DNA of 43,468 nucleotides. It comes from an uncultured Candidatus Saccharibacteria bacterium. Lineage in GTDB: Bacteria; Patescibacteriota; Minisyncoccia; Phycocordibacterales; UBA918. The notes under the pieces are model-generated. The model was not told the origin of the DNA and searched no databases. It was given only the letters and a program-made list of their open reading frames with translations. Below are positions 33,800-43,468 of the stretch, one piece after another (within the stretch, counting starts at the first letter, position 1; each line of letters opens with the position of its first letter). The position numbers and the translations under genes are program-made. The DNA lies in assembly GCA_964493145.1 (NCBI GenBank), contig CAZBMV010000004.1, positions 1 through 43,468 of the forward strand, given 5' to 3'.

Positions 33800-34899
33800 A
33801 CCGCACGAACAACTGATATGGTTTTATTAACAATAAATTTCTGTTCAGCAATTGTAAGTTGTGTATAAAGAGGTAGCGTAATAGTACCTAAACCAATTTC
33901 TTCGGCATTTGGATACATCCCCTTCTTGTACCCGAGTTTTTTATAGTATGGTTCAAGATGAACGGGGTTGTAATGAATATCTGCAGGAACACCCACCTCT
34001 CTTAATTGTTTCCGGATTATATCCCTCTTTTTTACATCTACCACAATGGTGAACATGTGGCAGGCATTTTTTGCATTTTTCACCTCTTCAATAAGCCGTA
34101 TACCGGGAATATTTTTGAGTGTCTGCGCATAATACTGATATACTTTACGACGTTTTTTCCACTCGCTTTCAATACGATCAAGTTGACCGAGAAGCATCGC
34201 TCCTTGCATATTTGTCATACTATACTTGTAGCCAAGTCTTGTCATATGACGTATGGCACCACTTCTATCAGAGCCGGAATCATTGAGAAGTCGCACCTCC
34301 TTTTCAGTCTTGATCGTGTGAACACCCACTGCACCACCCTCTCCTGCCGTGATATTTTTTGCTGCATGGAAACTGTAACAACTTGCAAATGATAACTGCC
34401 CCGGTCGAATACCGTCACGACACGCCTCTAGAGCATGTGGTGCATCTTCAATAATTTTAAGTTTATGTTTTTTTGCAAGCGCTGCAAGTCCTTTCATGTC
34501 AGCCATTTGTCCGTAAAGATGAACAGGTATAATTGCTTTTGTTTTTTTTGTTATTGCTTTTTTGACCGCATCAACTGAAATGAGTCCTGTCTCAGGCTCT
34601 ACATCAACAAAAACAATTTTCGCTCTCACAAAAAGAATGACGTTGCTCGTTGCCCAAAATGTAAGCGGGGTTGTGATTACTTCATCACCTGGACCGACTC
34701 CGGCAGCAAGAAGTGCCGTATGAAGTGCCGCTGTTCCACTACTGTTTGCAACAATGTACGGAAGTCCAAGGTATGTCCCCAGTTTTTTTTCAAAAAGTTT
34801 GAGTTCGGGTCCTGTCGCAAGCCAGCCGGACCTGAGCGCTTTTGTGACCGCTTGTATATCTTGTGCTGTGAGATTGGGATTCAGAAATGATAATTTCAT
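33784..34899 (-). CDS. DegT/DnrJ/EryC1/StrS PLP aminotransferase
   Basis: NSSGTAALH, IIPVHLYG, IEDAPHA, SFHAAKNITAGEGG. Confidence 0.95.
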   Translation of the reverse strand: MKLSFLNPNLTAQDIQAVTKALRSGWLATGPELKLFEKKLGTYLGLPYIVANSSGTAALHTALLAAGVGPGDEVITTPLTFWATSNVILFVRAKIVFVDVEPETGLISVDAVKKAITKKTKAIIPVHLYGQMADMKGLAALAKKHKLKIIEDAPHALEACRDGIRPGQLSFASCYSFHAAKNITAGEGGAVGVHTIKTEKEVRLLNDSGSDRSGAIRHMTRLGYKYSMTNMQGAMLLGQLDRIESEWKKRRKVYQYYAQTLKNIPGIRLIEEVKNAKNACHMFTIVVDVKKRDIIRKQLREVGVPADIHYNPVHLEPYYKKLGYKKGMYPNAEEIGLGTITLPLYTQLTIAEQKFIVNKTISVVRAVCQKK

Positions 34900-34901
34900 G
34901 G

Positions 34902-35621
34902 TCAGATTTTTTCAAAAACGAGCAACTTATACTTTGACTTAGTATAACCAATAAAACAAAGAATGCGTTCCAACATTCTCGTGAGATGGTATGATACCGC
35001 GTTTTTGCCAAAATAAAAAAAAAGGAATCCATCAATAAAATTCACATGTTTAATTTCTTTTTGCACAAAACCTGACGCATTAAATTTTTCTGTAATTTCT
35101 TCAATTGTTTCCACTTTCTTATATGTCAGTTTTTTTTGAAAAACAGGAATTGAGTGCGGTACATACTCAAGAAGCATTACTCTACTTCCTTTTTTCATTC
35201 GGTTCACATAGGAATAAAATGTGGCGCGTACTTCTGGAGAAAAGTGTACGTACACAGTTGTTGTGACGACCCCGTCTGCTTTTTCAATTGCCTCACTGAT
35301 AGATTGGTGCGGTATAGAAAAAGGATGAAATGTGATTTGCAAATTATTCCCATAGCGTTCTTTTGCAATCTTAATATTGAATGGAAAATCAAATGCATCA
35401 ATGTGAGCCGTGGTGAGTTTCGCAATTTCCATAGTGTACTCACCGATACCGCAACCAATATCAACAATTTGACTCATGCCTACAAAATCAGACTTTTTGA
35501 ATGCACGGGTACGCATCCTAAAAGCATACAGGTCTTGCCATTTATTGTGATAGTGACATGGGTTATCACCCTTTTCAGTTTGTTCCTTCCAATATTCTTC
35601 TACACCTTGCGTATTGAGCAT
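34902..35621 (-). CDS. Class I SAM-dependent methyltransferase
   Basis: IVDIGCGIGEYT. Confidence 0.8.
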   Translation of the reverse strand: MLNTQGVEEYWKEQTEKGDNPCHYHNKWQDLYAFRMRTRAFKKSDFVGMSQIVDIGCGIGEYTMEIAKLTTAHIDAFDFPFNIKIAKERYGNNLQITFHPFSIPHQSISEAIEKADGVVTTTVYVHFSPEVRATFYSYVNRMKKGSRVMLLEYVPHSIPVFQKKLTYKKVETIEEITEKFNASGFVQKEIKHVNFIDGFLFFYFGKNAVSYHLTRMLERILCFIGYTKSKYKLLVFEKI

Positions 35622-35627
35622 ATTGTA

Positions 35628-36770
35628 TTAAATAATTGAGTTGTACACCTCAAGGTAATGAGTACTGATATCATCCCAAGAATGTTTCTTGGCCTCAGCG
35701 AGAGCATTTTCGGACATACGAGTACGAAGTATTGAATCACCGACTATTTTTTTGATTGCTTCGGCAAGGTCTACATAATCATTTTGTGGAACCAAAAAGC
35801 CGTTGTGGCCATTTTTAATGACATATTCTGAACCAAACCCGTATGTACTAATTACCGGAGCACCTAGAGCGTGTGCTTCATAAAACACCATGGGGAAACC
35901 TTCAAATGCCCCATCTACAGTTTGTGCTGCGAGCACGAAGGCTGTACAAGTACTGTAAAGTTCTAATAATTGCTCATCATTTACACGTCCCAAAAGTTCT
36001 ACCCTTCCCACCAGCCCCAGTTTCTTAATTTCGTTACGAAGTTCTTGCACGTACGGCGTTTCAATATATGAACCACCAATTTTGTATATGAGATCGGGGA
36101 ATTCATCTTTGAGTAACCCAAGAGCACGAATCGTATAGAGAGCACCTTTACGTGGTTTCACTGAACCAATAGTAAGAAGGAATGGCAGACTCGGCTTTGA
36201 GTATTCACGATTCTTATGGTATCTGTCTAAATCTACACCAAATGGCACAAATTTCCATTTATTTTTAAGAGGAACCACCTCTTCAATGAGTTCAATGTTT
36301 TTATGTGAACCAGTAGCAATAAACGTAGCCTGTTGATACATGAATTTCATAAGCATTCTTTTTACCCGTTCGCGGAAATGTCTCCCCTTAGGAACAACAC
36401 AGTAAGTACCCGCCAGCGTAATCACAAGCGGCTTCCTAAGACATTTCGCTGCAAGAGCGGCACCGGGAGCAAATGGTTCAATGAAAACATGAATAACGTC
36501 GCAAGAACGTAAGTACCTAAGAGTCGCAAAAAAGACTTGGAATTGAACGAGAAGAGAATACGAAGTGTGATGATTGGGAAGCACACGATGAATTGAATAT
36601 GGAACAGAATCGTTTTGAGCACCACGCGATGTAAGAACCACAACTGGTTGTTTTTTTGCAATTGCACCAATAATTCCCTTTGAGAGAGTGCCCCAACCAC
36701 CTTCATATGAGACTGATGAGGTGATACAACCGACGGTGTACTGCCTCTCCTTTTCTTTTGTTACATTCAT
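35628..36770 (-). CDS. GT4 glycosyltransferase
   Basis: VPFGVD, IGSVKPRKG, EGFPMVFYEA..LGAPVI; ATGA overlap with the upstream gene. Confidence 0.9.
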   Translation of the reverse strand: MNVTKEKERQYTVGCITSSVSYEGGWGTLSKGIIGAIAKKQPVVVLTSRGAQNDSVPYSIHRVLPNHHTSYSLLVQFQVFFATLRYLRSCDVIHVFIEPFAPGAALAAKCLRKPLVITLAGTYCVVPKGRHFRERVKRMLMKFMYQQATFIATGSHKNIELIEEVVPLKNKWKFVPFGVDLDRYHKNREYSKPSLPFLLTIGSVKPRKGALYTIRALGLLKDEFPDLIYKIGGSYIETPYVQELRNEIKKLGLVGRVELLGRVNDEQLLELYSTCTAFVLAAQTVDGAFEGFPMVFYEAHALGAPVISTYGFGSEYVIKNGHNGFLVPQNDYVDLAEAIKKIVGDSILRTRMSENALAEAKKHSWDDISTHYLEVYNSII

Positions 36771-37777
36771 GCTTTCTTCTTCTGATTCTTTACGTACCAC
36801 TCGTATGTATGTTGCAACCCAACATTCAATGAAGTCCTTGGAGTCCACCCAACGTCGGTTTTAATCTTTGCAATGTCCGCCGCCCGTCGTTTTACACTTC
36901 CAGCAGGTTCATCCTTGATTTCGATGTTTTTCGGTCTCCATCCGGCAATAGTAAATAATTTTTCTGCAAGATCATTCATTGAAATTTCATCTGCATACTC
37001 CTGCCCAATGTGGTACGTTTGACCGTCCGTTTTATGAGATTCCATAACCAATTGCATTGCCTCAACCGCATCACTCATATAGCAAAAGGTTCGTGTATTG
37101 TCTGCACCATAAATTGGGAATGGGTCAACTTTATTAACGATGCGCTCAATGAACTGCGGTATGACATGGTCGTACCCCGTGCGTGGGCCATAGAAATTAT
37201 GTGGGCGCACGATAACAGTTCTGAGCCCGAGTTGTTGTGCGTAATGAATATAAAAAAGTTCACCAATCAATTTTGTTCCGGCATACGTCCAACGAGGATT
37301 GTATGTGTCTGAAATAACAAGTGGAACCGCTTCAGGTGTTGGAATGGGAAGTGAATCAAATGAAGAAAGACCTCCTGCGTACGCTTCATTAGAAGATGTA
37401 TACAATATTTTTCCTTCGGGATTCTTGTCCTTCATCCACTCAAGACTATGTACAATGGTCTTGATGCCAATACGCAAGACCTCGCCTGGCATTTTATAGA
37501 AAAGACCTGTGCCATTAATACTTACAAGTTGATATATGTAATCATATCCGCCACCAAGTGCGTCCCATCCTTCACGTGTGGTAAGATCCCCTTCAATCAG
37601 AGTTACGTTGGGGTGGGTAAGAACCTCATGGAACATATGGTCGCGCTTCCCGCGAAAAAAATTATCGGCAATGGTAACCGCATATCCAGACTGTGCAAGT
37701 TTGTGTACGAGATAGAGCCCCACCGATCCAGCGCCTCCCGCAACAAGAACTTTCTTTTTTTGATCTTCCATACTCAT
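36767..37777 (-). CDS. NAD-dependent nucleotide-sugar epimerase/dehydratase
   Basis: VAGGAGSVG, YTSSNEAY, YAGTK, RPHNFYGP. Confidence 0.93.
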   Translation of the reverse strand: MSMEDQKKKVLVAGGAGSVGLYLVHKLAQSGYAVTIADNFFRGKRDHMFHEVLTHPNVTLIEGDLTTREGWDALGGGYDYIYQLVSINGTGLFYKMPGEVLRIGIKTIVHSLEWMKDKNPEGKILYTSSNEAYAGGLSSFDSLPIPTPEAVPLVISDTYNPRWTYAGTKLIGELFYIHYAQQLGLRTVIVRPHNFYGPRTGYDHVIPQFIERIVNKVDPFPIYGADNTRTFCYMSDAVEAMQLVMESHKTDGQTYHIGQEYADEISMNDLAEKLFTIAGWRPKNIEIKDEPAGSVKRRAADIAKIKTDVGWTPRTSLNVGLQHTYEWYVKNQKKKA

Positions 37778-39411
37778 TTACTCAATGTGAGCCAAATATT
37801 CTTTACACCGATAACTTGGTGATTTAGTACGGTGAAACCATTTTTTTCGGCAAGCGCAAGTGCTTCTTCGGGTGTAAATGAAACACCATACGACCATGCA
37901 AATCGTTTAACTCCCCTTCCCCCACGCAATTGAATTTTTGCCACACCTCCTTTCCTTAAGACACGGAAGAATTCGGCAAAATATCTATCCACATCATCTT
38001 TAGTTGGAATATGCTGTAACGTTTGGAAAGAAAAAATGAAATCAAAGTGATTGTCTGTAAATGGAAGATTTTTCCCATCAAACGCAGTAAAGGAAACGGC
38101 ATCGTCCTGCACACGCATTCTCGCTCTTTCTATCATTGCCGATGATACATCAATACCAGTAACTTCTCGGAAATGATTCGCAAAATATACGGTCATACGA
38201 CCAACGCCTGATCCGAAGTCCAGTGCTCGGCTTATATCACTCTTTGAAAGCACATCGGCGAGAAGCGGGTCACTCTCAACGAGCTCTTCATAATCTTTTT
38301 TACCCGTTTCGCAAAGTTCTTTTTCAGTAACATCAAACCCGCTCCTTGTACGAGTATTGCTATAGTAGAGTGGGTAAGTCATTGCTTTTGATTCCCAAAT
38401 AGAAATTGCTCGTTCCAAACTTCGTTCAGGAAAAAGTCGTGTCACCCAATCAACAAGAAACCGTAATTTCGTCCTGACTGATTTAACACTTTCGTTTTCA
38501 TTAAAGATACGCCAGATTTTCGAAGCAAAACCCTTGTTAATAATATTGTTATCCCAAAATGAATAAATTTTAGGAAGAGTTTGATACATCGCTTGAATCT
38601 CTTTGTGATGATTATTTGATGAATATGCGCCAATGAGCATATCAAGATTTTTTCCTTCCTTCTGATGCGCACCAATGAACGCACGCGTGTCTTTTGGTAA
38701 ACAATGCCCATCAAAACCTTGACCGTATCTTAGGTAACTTTTTCTCTCAAAAACAAAATTAAGGATGCGCTCTATTTTTTGTACCTCACTTTGATTACTG
38801 GGTATTGCAATACTGTCACCAATTTCATTCACAAACGCAATTCGTATTGTATTCCAAAGATTTGAAATATATTTAATATACGATGCTTCTTCCGGAGTAC
38901 CATTAAAAGTCTTGTACGCTCTCCGTTTCCATTCGTTCAAAAATGACGGAAGTTGTATACTATCTCGCAATCCTATTACAAAAAAGTACGGATTGAGACA
39001 TTCATCTACTGCATTTTTTTCATGCAAAAACTCAGGTACATATAAATGAAAATAAAGTTCCTTCAATTTTTGTGGCAAGACAGTTGAACGAAGAATGACC
39101 TTGCCACGTAGATTACGAAGTGAATCACAAGCTTTTCGTATCAAAGAAATATCTTGTTCTCTCTCCTCTGAAACCCTGTCCCCAACACAGACAATAAACC
39201 ACGTGTTATCACTGTCCCACTCCTCAAGTGAGGATACACGCTGAACACTGTCATATTCGTTTTCCCCTTCTACATAGTGGAATGCAGGTGTTTCGGCAGT
39301 ATCAAAATACGCAACACGGTAGCCGGTCTTCACAAGAGCCAGCGCATTTGCTTGACCAATCCAACCGTATCCGACAACGACTATTTTTTCCTTTTTATTT
39401 TGTACATTCAT
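37774..39411 (-). CDS. Fusion of a short UDP-glucose/GDP-mannose dehydrogenase-like domain and a class I methyltransferase
   Basis: N-terminal VVGYGWIG, LRSTVLP, VPEFL, GFDGHCLPKD; C-terminal ALDFGSGVGRM, FDFIFSFQTLQH, RVLRKGG. Confidence 0.85.
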   Translation of the reverse strand: MNVQNKKEKIVVVGYGWIGQANALALVKTGYRVAYFDTAETPAFHYVEGENEYDSVQRVSSLEEWDSDNTWFIVCVGDRVSEEREQDISLIRKACDSLRNLRGKVILRSTVLPQKLKELYFHLYVPEFLHEKNAVDECLNPYFFVIGLRDSIQLPSFLNEWKRRAYKTFNGTPEEASYIKYISNLWNTIRIAFVNEIGDSIAIPSNQSEVQKIERILNFVFERKSYLRYGQGFDGHCLPKDTRAFIGAHQKEGKNLDMLIGAYSSNNHHKEIQAMYQTLPKIYSFWDNNIINKGFASKIWRIFNENESVKSVRTKLRFLVDWVTRLFPERSLERAISIWESKAMTYPLYYSNTRTRSGFDVTEKELCETGKKDYEELVESDPLLADVLSKSDISRALDFGSGVGRMTVYFANHFREVTGIDVSSAMIERARMRVQDDAVSFTAFDGKNLPFTDNHFDFIFSFQTLQHIPTKDDVDRYFAEFFRVLRKGGVAKIQLRGGRGVKRFAWSYGVSFTPEEALALAEKNGFTVLNHQVIGVKNIWLTLSK

Positions 39412-39575
39412 GCTTCTGAACCAACGGCGACTCAAGGCCAATAGGCAACGTAGTATATACCATACTGGCGTTTATTACTAAATGAGAAGACGAAAGGTTC
39501 TGGAAAGAAAAATGTTCGTTAAAAGGTTGGTAATGGGCAAGAAACTTGGTTCGTTTACTAATCAAAACAAAACTA

Positions 39576-40724
39576 TTATTTTTCCAGACGTGCCAATATT
39601 CTTTTGCTACGCGCGACCCATGTGAATTGTTCCATGTATGCAATTCTAATCTGAGGTGAAGCAAGGCCATTATTGTTATTCACCACTAATTGTTGAATTT
39701 TGCCAACTAATGATTCGGTGTTATTTGATTTAATAAAAATAACCATAGAATTATCAACAATTTCACGAACTGACGGAAGGTCGCTTGTAACCACTATTTT
39801 TCCGCTCGCCATATAGGCAAAAAGTTTTGTGGGTGACATGAAGTTGCGGTAATGTTCCGTGTCCGGATAGTTCATAACGAGCACATCAGTCGCCTGTACG
39901 TACATGACAAAGTCCTTTTGTGCAAGTGACAGAAGAGACACGGCGCTCTCTTCAATACCAAGTGACACACACACTGTTTGAATGAGTGGGATTTCATGCG
40001 CTTCAAGGCCGGCAATGAGGAGGTGGGTATCGGGGACTTCTCTATGCACTGTTGCAAACGCTTGCACGAGGTCATCAATCCCCTTTTCCTCTCCCATTGT
40101 TTTATATTTACCAATATACCCAACAACCTTCGGTTCAGGAGGAATCCCAAGAAATTTCCTTGCATCTGATTGTGACGGGGCATTTTTGAATTGTTCCATG
40201 TTGACCCCGCTCGGCTCAACGGCTATTTTTTGCTTTGGCGCAATCTTTTCATAATGCTGTTTAAGTCCGTTTGATATGCAAATAATTTCGGATACATTAT
40301 TCGCAATCATTTTTACAAAAAATCCTTTCTGGACCTGGTGGGCTTCCCAGACGATAGTTTTCTTCTTTAAAAAAATAGTAGGCAAAACCAACATCCACGG
40401 GTCACGTGCATACAAAAGGTCAAAGTCGTTTCTGTTCTTGAGTAATGCAGCAAAGCTCACGAGCATCTGTGAGAAACGGGTAAGGTAAAATCCAAACTTC
40501 CAAAATGTATCAACGAGATCAACTGATGGGAACTCCCTAATGGCAAAATGTGTACCAATACCGTAAAAAGCAAAGGCATCTTCACGGATGTGGTTGTTTC
40601 GGTGAGGTTTTAAAAGGGTTACCTCGTGACCTATTTTTGCAAACGCCTCACACTGCCGCATGATGGCAAGCCCTGATGCTTTTTCATTTGGAATACGAAC
40701 GCTCGCAAGATACAGGATTTTCAT
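39576..40724 (-). CDS. GT4 glycosyltransferase
   Basis: EKASGLAIMRQCEAF, EPSGVN, SPTKLFAYMASGK. Confidence 0.9.
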   Translation of the reverse strand: MKILYLASVRIPNEKASGLAIMRQCEAFAKIGHEVTLLKPHRNNHIREDAFAFYGIGTHFAIREFPSVDLVDTFWKFGFYLTRFSQMLVSFAALLKNRNDFDLLYARDPWMLVLPTIFLKKKTIVWEAHQVQKGFFVKMIANNVSEIICISNGLKQHYEKIAPKQKIAVEPSGVNMEQFKNAPSQSDARKFLGIPPEPKVVGYIGKYKTMGEEKGIDDLVQAFATVHREVPDTHLLIAGLEAHEIPLIQTVCVSLGIEESAVSLLSLAQKDFVMYVQATDVLVMNYPDTEHYRNFMSPTKLFAYMASGKIVVTSDLPSVREIVDNSMVIFIKSNNTESLVGKIQQLVVNNNNGLASPQIRIAYMEQFTWVARSKRILARLEK

Positions 40725-40730
40725 GCAATG

Positions 40731-41567
40731 TTATTTCTCCCCGTATACCCCGCGGACGAGGTCTTGATCTTTGTTGGTTGACGCAAGAAGTTCAAGGTTT
40801 TTTGCTTCCAGAGCGCGGAGAACGGACTTCCCCTTTTCGTCGTTTGCATTGAAGATTTCATAGAGTTCAATGAATGCCGCCATGTCCTTGATGAAGCAGT
40901 GCCCTCCCGCACCACGACCACTCTTATGCGTCGGCGAGTTGTAGTACGGTGACATCATTGGATCAACGTTCATAATTTGCTCTACGTGTGTCCAATCAAC
41001 CTTGAGCGACTGCGCGAGGTCGTAAAAAAGGTTTGAGAGTATGACACGCGTGAAGCCGTGTATGTTGTGGATGTACTTAAAGAGTTCCGCCGCCTCGGTG
41101 GGAACAATGAACGTATTCTCCGAGTGCGGAAGAATGCTCATGATGGTCTCTGCGGAGGTGCGGTGTCCGGCAGAGTCTGAGAAAATGCCTATGATATTGA
41201 GAATCGGATGTGCGGCATCGTGTGCGGCGGTCGCTTCGCAGAGAAACTCCGGAGAAAAGAGTATGACGAGGTTCGGAAATGCATCCTGCAATTTTCGGGT
41301 CGTGCCGGGGAGAATAGTTGATTTGATGATAGCAATGGTACCGTCACAGAGAAGCGACAGCCCGTGCTCCACAATGCTGTAGTCAAATCCATTTGGTGTT
41401 GATGGCGTTGGGACCGCAATAAAAACCGCTTCACACTCCTTGAGCGCCTCCTTATTGTTTACATATTCGGCTTCCAGCGCGTAGCGCACGACACGATGTC
41501 CGCGTGACTCCACATCATTTGCGATATTCTTTCCTACAAACCCCTGCCCTATAAATCCTATATTCAT
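40731..41567 (-). CDS. Short UDP-glucose/GDP-mannose dehydrogenase family protein (no C-terminal UDP-binding domain)
   Basis: IGQGFVG, AVPTPS, IKSTILPG, SPEFL, GAGGHCFIKD. Confidence 0.85.
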   Translation of the reverse strand: MNIGFIGQGFVGKNIANDVESRGHRVVRYALEAEYVNNKEALKECEAVFIAVPTPSTPNGFDYSIVEHGLSLLCDGTIAIIKSTILPGTTRKLQDAFPNLVILFSPEFLCEATAAHDAAHPILNIIGIFSDSAGHRTSAETIMSILPHSENTFIVPTEAAELFKYIHNIHGFTRVILSNLFYDLAQSLKVDWTHVEQIMNVDPMMSPYYNSPTHKSGRGAGGHCFIKDMAAFIELYEIFNANDEKGKSVLRALEAKNLELLASTNKDQDLVRGVYGEK

Positions 41568-41573
41568 ACGTGT

Positions 41574-43409
41574 TTAATCAATTCTAATACTATTCTCTCG
41601 CGCCCAAATTTGAAGCACCATTATATTCCATAGGGGGTATAGATGGTACCCCTTTCTTGCAACGTGCTCATCAAGGTGTGCGCGGACGCGCTCCCAGTCG
41701 AAGACACCGCTCAGACCATCGTAGTAATCGGATGAGAACACCTGTTGCGCGAGCGCGTATATTTTTGGATCACGGAACCACTTTGCGGCGGGTGAGAGCC
41801 ACCCACGCTTCGGTTGATTGTAGAGATGTTTGGGAAGGTACGGTTTGTACACCTTGCGGATGACTCGCTTCCCCTCGTGGGGAAGCGTTTTCTTCCACAC
41901 AGATATTTTGTCTGAGAGTGCAACGACGTCGATATCAACAAACGGCACGCGAAGTTCAACGCCGTGCGCCATGGACGCATAATCGGAACGAATGAAACAC
42001 TCGTCGGGAAGCCACGTGCGACGATCCACTCGCATGAAGGTGTGAAGTGGGTGAACATCTTGTGTTGATTCGTGCCCGTACTCCTCATCAAAAAAATCGG
42101 TGACGGTTGCATTGATGCCGATGTCCCTCTTTAGGAATGGCAAGATCTTCTTTTCATCTTTCACCATGAGTGCGCGGTGGAGCAATGTTCCGAACGGAGT
42201 ACTCAGTTTTGCAATACGTGGACTCACGCGAGCACCGATAGTTTGCATGAAGTGCGGCAACTGCTGGTAGAGGTATGCTCCCATTGCGATGCGGTGGCGC
42301 GTGTATCCGCCGAAGAGTTCGTCACCGCCATCACCGCCGAGAACGACGACCGTGCCGTCCTTGCGCACAAAGTCACTCAAAAGGTATTGGGTGATGGCGG
42401 TGGAGTTGGCGACCGGTTCGTTCGCGAGAGTTGATGCAGTCTCTATCGTATTTCGCACATCTTCAAGCGTTATGGTGTACGTTGTGTGCTTTGTTCCAAA
42501 AAAGGCGGCGGTACGTTCTGCGAGGCGCGCATCGGCGTTAAATTTTACGCTCTCTCCTTCCTGCCCCTCCACCGATTCAAAATCAACCGAGTACGTCCGC
42601 GTGTGTGGCGTGTGCTTCGCCATGTGGTGCACGACGATGCTTGAGTCAAACCCTCCTGAGAGGTACGCGCCCACTGGTCTGTCTGAGACGAGTTGCCTTT
42701 TGACCGCTGAGTCAATCGTTTCGTATATCGTTCCGTGGGGAATGTCTTCTACATTTTCATCAGAATTAAAATATGAACGTGTGACAATGCTTCCATCTCT
42801 GTACGTGAGCATGTGCCCTGCGGGAAGTTTGGTAATTCCTCTCACGAGGGTACGCGGACTCGGCACGTACTCCATGGAAAGATAGAATGCGAGTCCGTTT
42901 GTATCAAGTGTTCGTTCTTTTTGCGCGAGGAGAAGCGCAGGCATTTCAGAGGAAAATGCGAGTACTCCGTCATCATGGGAGTAGTACAGTGGCTTCACCC
43001 CCATGTGATCGCGTGCGAGTATGAGTGTGTTTTCCTTCGCATCCCATATGCCGAATGCAAAAATACCGCGCAGGCGTGGGAAAACATCAGTTCCCCACTT
43101 CATGTACGCGGCGAGCAATACTTCCGTGTCGCTCTCGGTTTTAAACTCATACGTATACCTGAGTTCTTCACGCAGTTCCCGGTAGTTGTATATTTCCCCG
43201 TTGAATACAATCGTGTACCTGCCACCATTGTCGGTCATCGGCTGTGACGCACCTTCTGAGAGGTCAATGATGGCGAGGCGATTGTGCCCCAAGGTCACGC
43301 CCTTCCCCTCCCACACACAAGAACCATCGGGACCGCGATGCTTCGTCCGTTCATTCATTCTCTCTACGAGTCCCCTGTTATTTGTCGTAATGCCGTTTAT
43401 CGCACACAT
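41574..43409 (-). CDS. asnB: Asparagine synthase (glutamine-hydrolysing) family amidotransferase, probably glycan-modifying
   Basis: MCAING, HRGPD, GHNRLAIIDL, FNGEIYN, LSGGFDSS, GDGGDELFGGY, ELRVPF. Confidence 0.93.
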   Translation of the reverse strand: MCAINGITTNNRGLVERMNERTKHRGPDGSCVWEGKGVTLGHNRLAIIDLSEGASQPMTDNGGRYTIVFNGEIYNYRELREELRYTYEFKTESDTEVLLAAYMKWGTDVFPRLRGIFAFGIWDAKENTLILARDHMGVKPLYYSHDDGVLAFSSEMPALLLAQKERTLDTNGLAFYLSMEYVPSPRTLVRGITKLPAGHMLTYRDGSIVTRSYFNSDENVEDIPHGTIYETIDSAVKRQLVSDRPVGAYLSGGFDSSIVVHHMAKHTPHTRTYSVDFESVEGQEGESVKFNADARLAERTAAFFGTKHTTYTITLEDVRNTIETASTLANEPVANSTAITQYLLSDFVRKDGTVVVLGGDGGDELFGGYTRHRIAMGAYLYQQLPHFMQTIGARVSPRIAKLSTPFGTLLHRALMVKDEKKILPFLKRDIGINATVTDFFDEEYGHESTQDVHPLHTFMRVDRRTWLPDECFIRSDYASMAHGVELRVPFVDIDVVALSDKISVWKKTLPHEGKRVIRKVYKPYLPKHLYNQPKRGWLSPAAKWFRDPKIYALAQQVFSSDYYDGLSGVFDWERVRAHLDEHVARKGYHLYPLWNIMVLQIWARENSIRID

Positions 43410-43468
43410 ATTCTTTTCAACCTCTCAAAGAGGTCGTATCCGCCGAGCACCCACCGCTTGAGTTTCTT
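43397..43468 (-). CDS. 3' end of an upstream gene entering from the right edge
   Basis: Open frame KKLKRWVLGGYDLFERLKRICVR* overlapping the asnB start; too short to assign. Confidence 0.45.
   Translation of the reverse strand, partial: KKLKRWVLGGYDLFERLKRICVR

Noticed and set aside
1-43468. Alternative genetic code (UGA = Gly, code 25)
   Set aside because: Full-length conserved proteins end at TGA (murB, gmhA, several ATGA overlaps) and none is interrupted by in-frame TGA.

Overview
Chromosomal segment that reads in genetic code 11 and is almost entirely on the minus strand. It most likely comes from a Patescibacteria/CPR (Parcubacteria-like) bacterium; this is inferred from the giant Ser/Thr/Gly-rich surface protein with an INYQGKL...PR N-terminal domain, the HTH-TM proteins, the Cys-less SecA tail and mostly SD-less starts. 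From left to right: (1) a >1577-aa adhesin/tail-fibre-like gene running off the left edge and absent from the ORF track; (2) an orphan PemK/MazF-like toxin gene and two membrane-anchored HTH proteins; (3) housekeeping genes gatB, obgE, a VTT/DedA protein, a holin-like protein, secA, a 37-aa histone-H1-like peptide and murB; (4) an accessory stretch with an O-antigen-ligase/TPR protein, a BrnT TA module, sat-cysC, Phd-RelE and a secreted LCAT-like lipase, separated by repeated hairpins; (5) a ~19-kb surface-glycan locus (GmhA, cytidylyltransferase-cupin, flippase, NeuB/NeuA/KdsC-type enzymes, B12 radical SAM, methyltransferases, glycosyltransferases, two short UDP-sugar dehydrogenases, AsnB). 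The best non-obvious signals are a consensus-promoter/UUCG-hairpin/terminator unit encoding a ~50-nt RNA antisense to the orphan PemK toxin, a structured twin-promoter RNA element upstream of murB, twin 50- and 42-bp perfect palindromes after secA, and hairpin-bounded cassettes in the accessory stretch. No rRNA, tRNA, CRISPR array, transposase or integrase was recognised. All family assignments come from motif recognition, not database searches.
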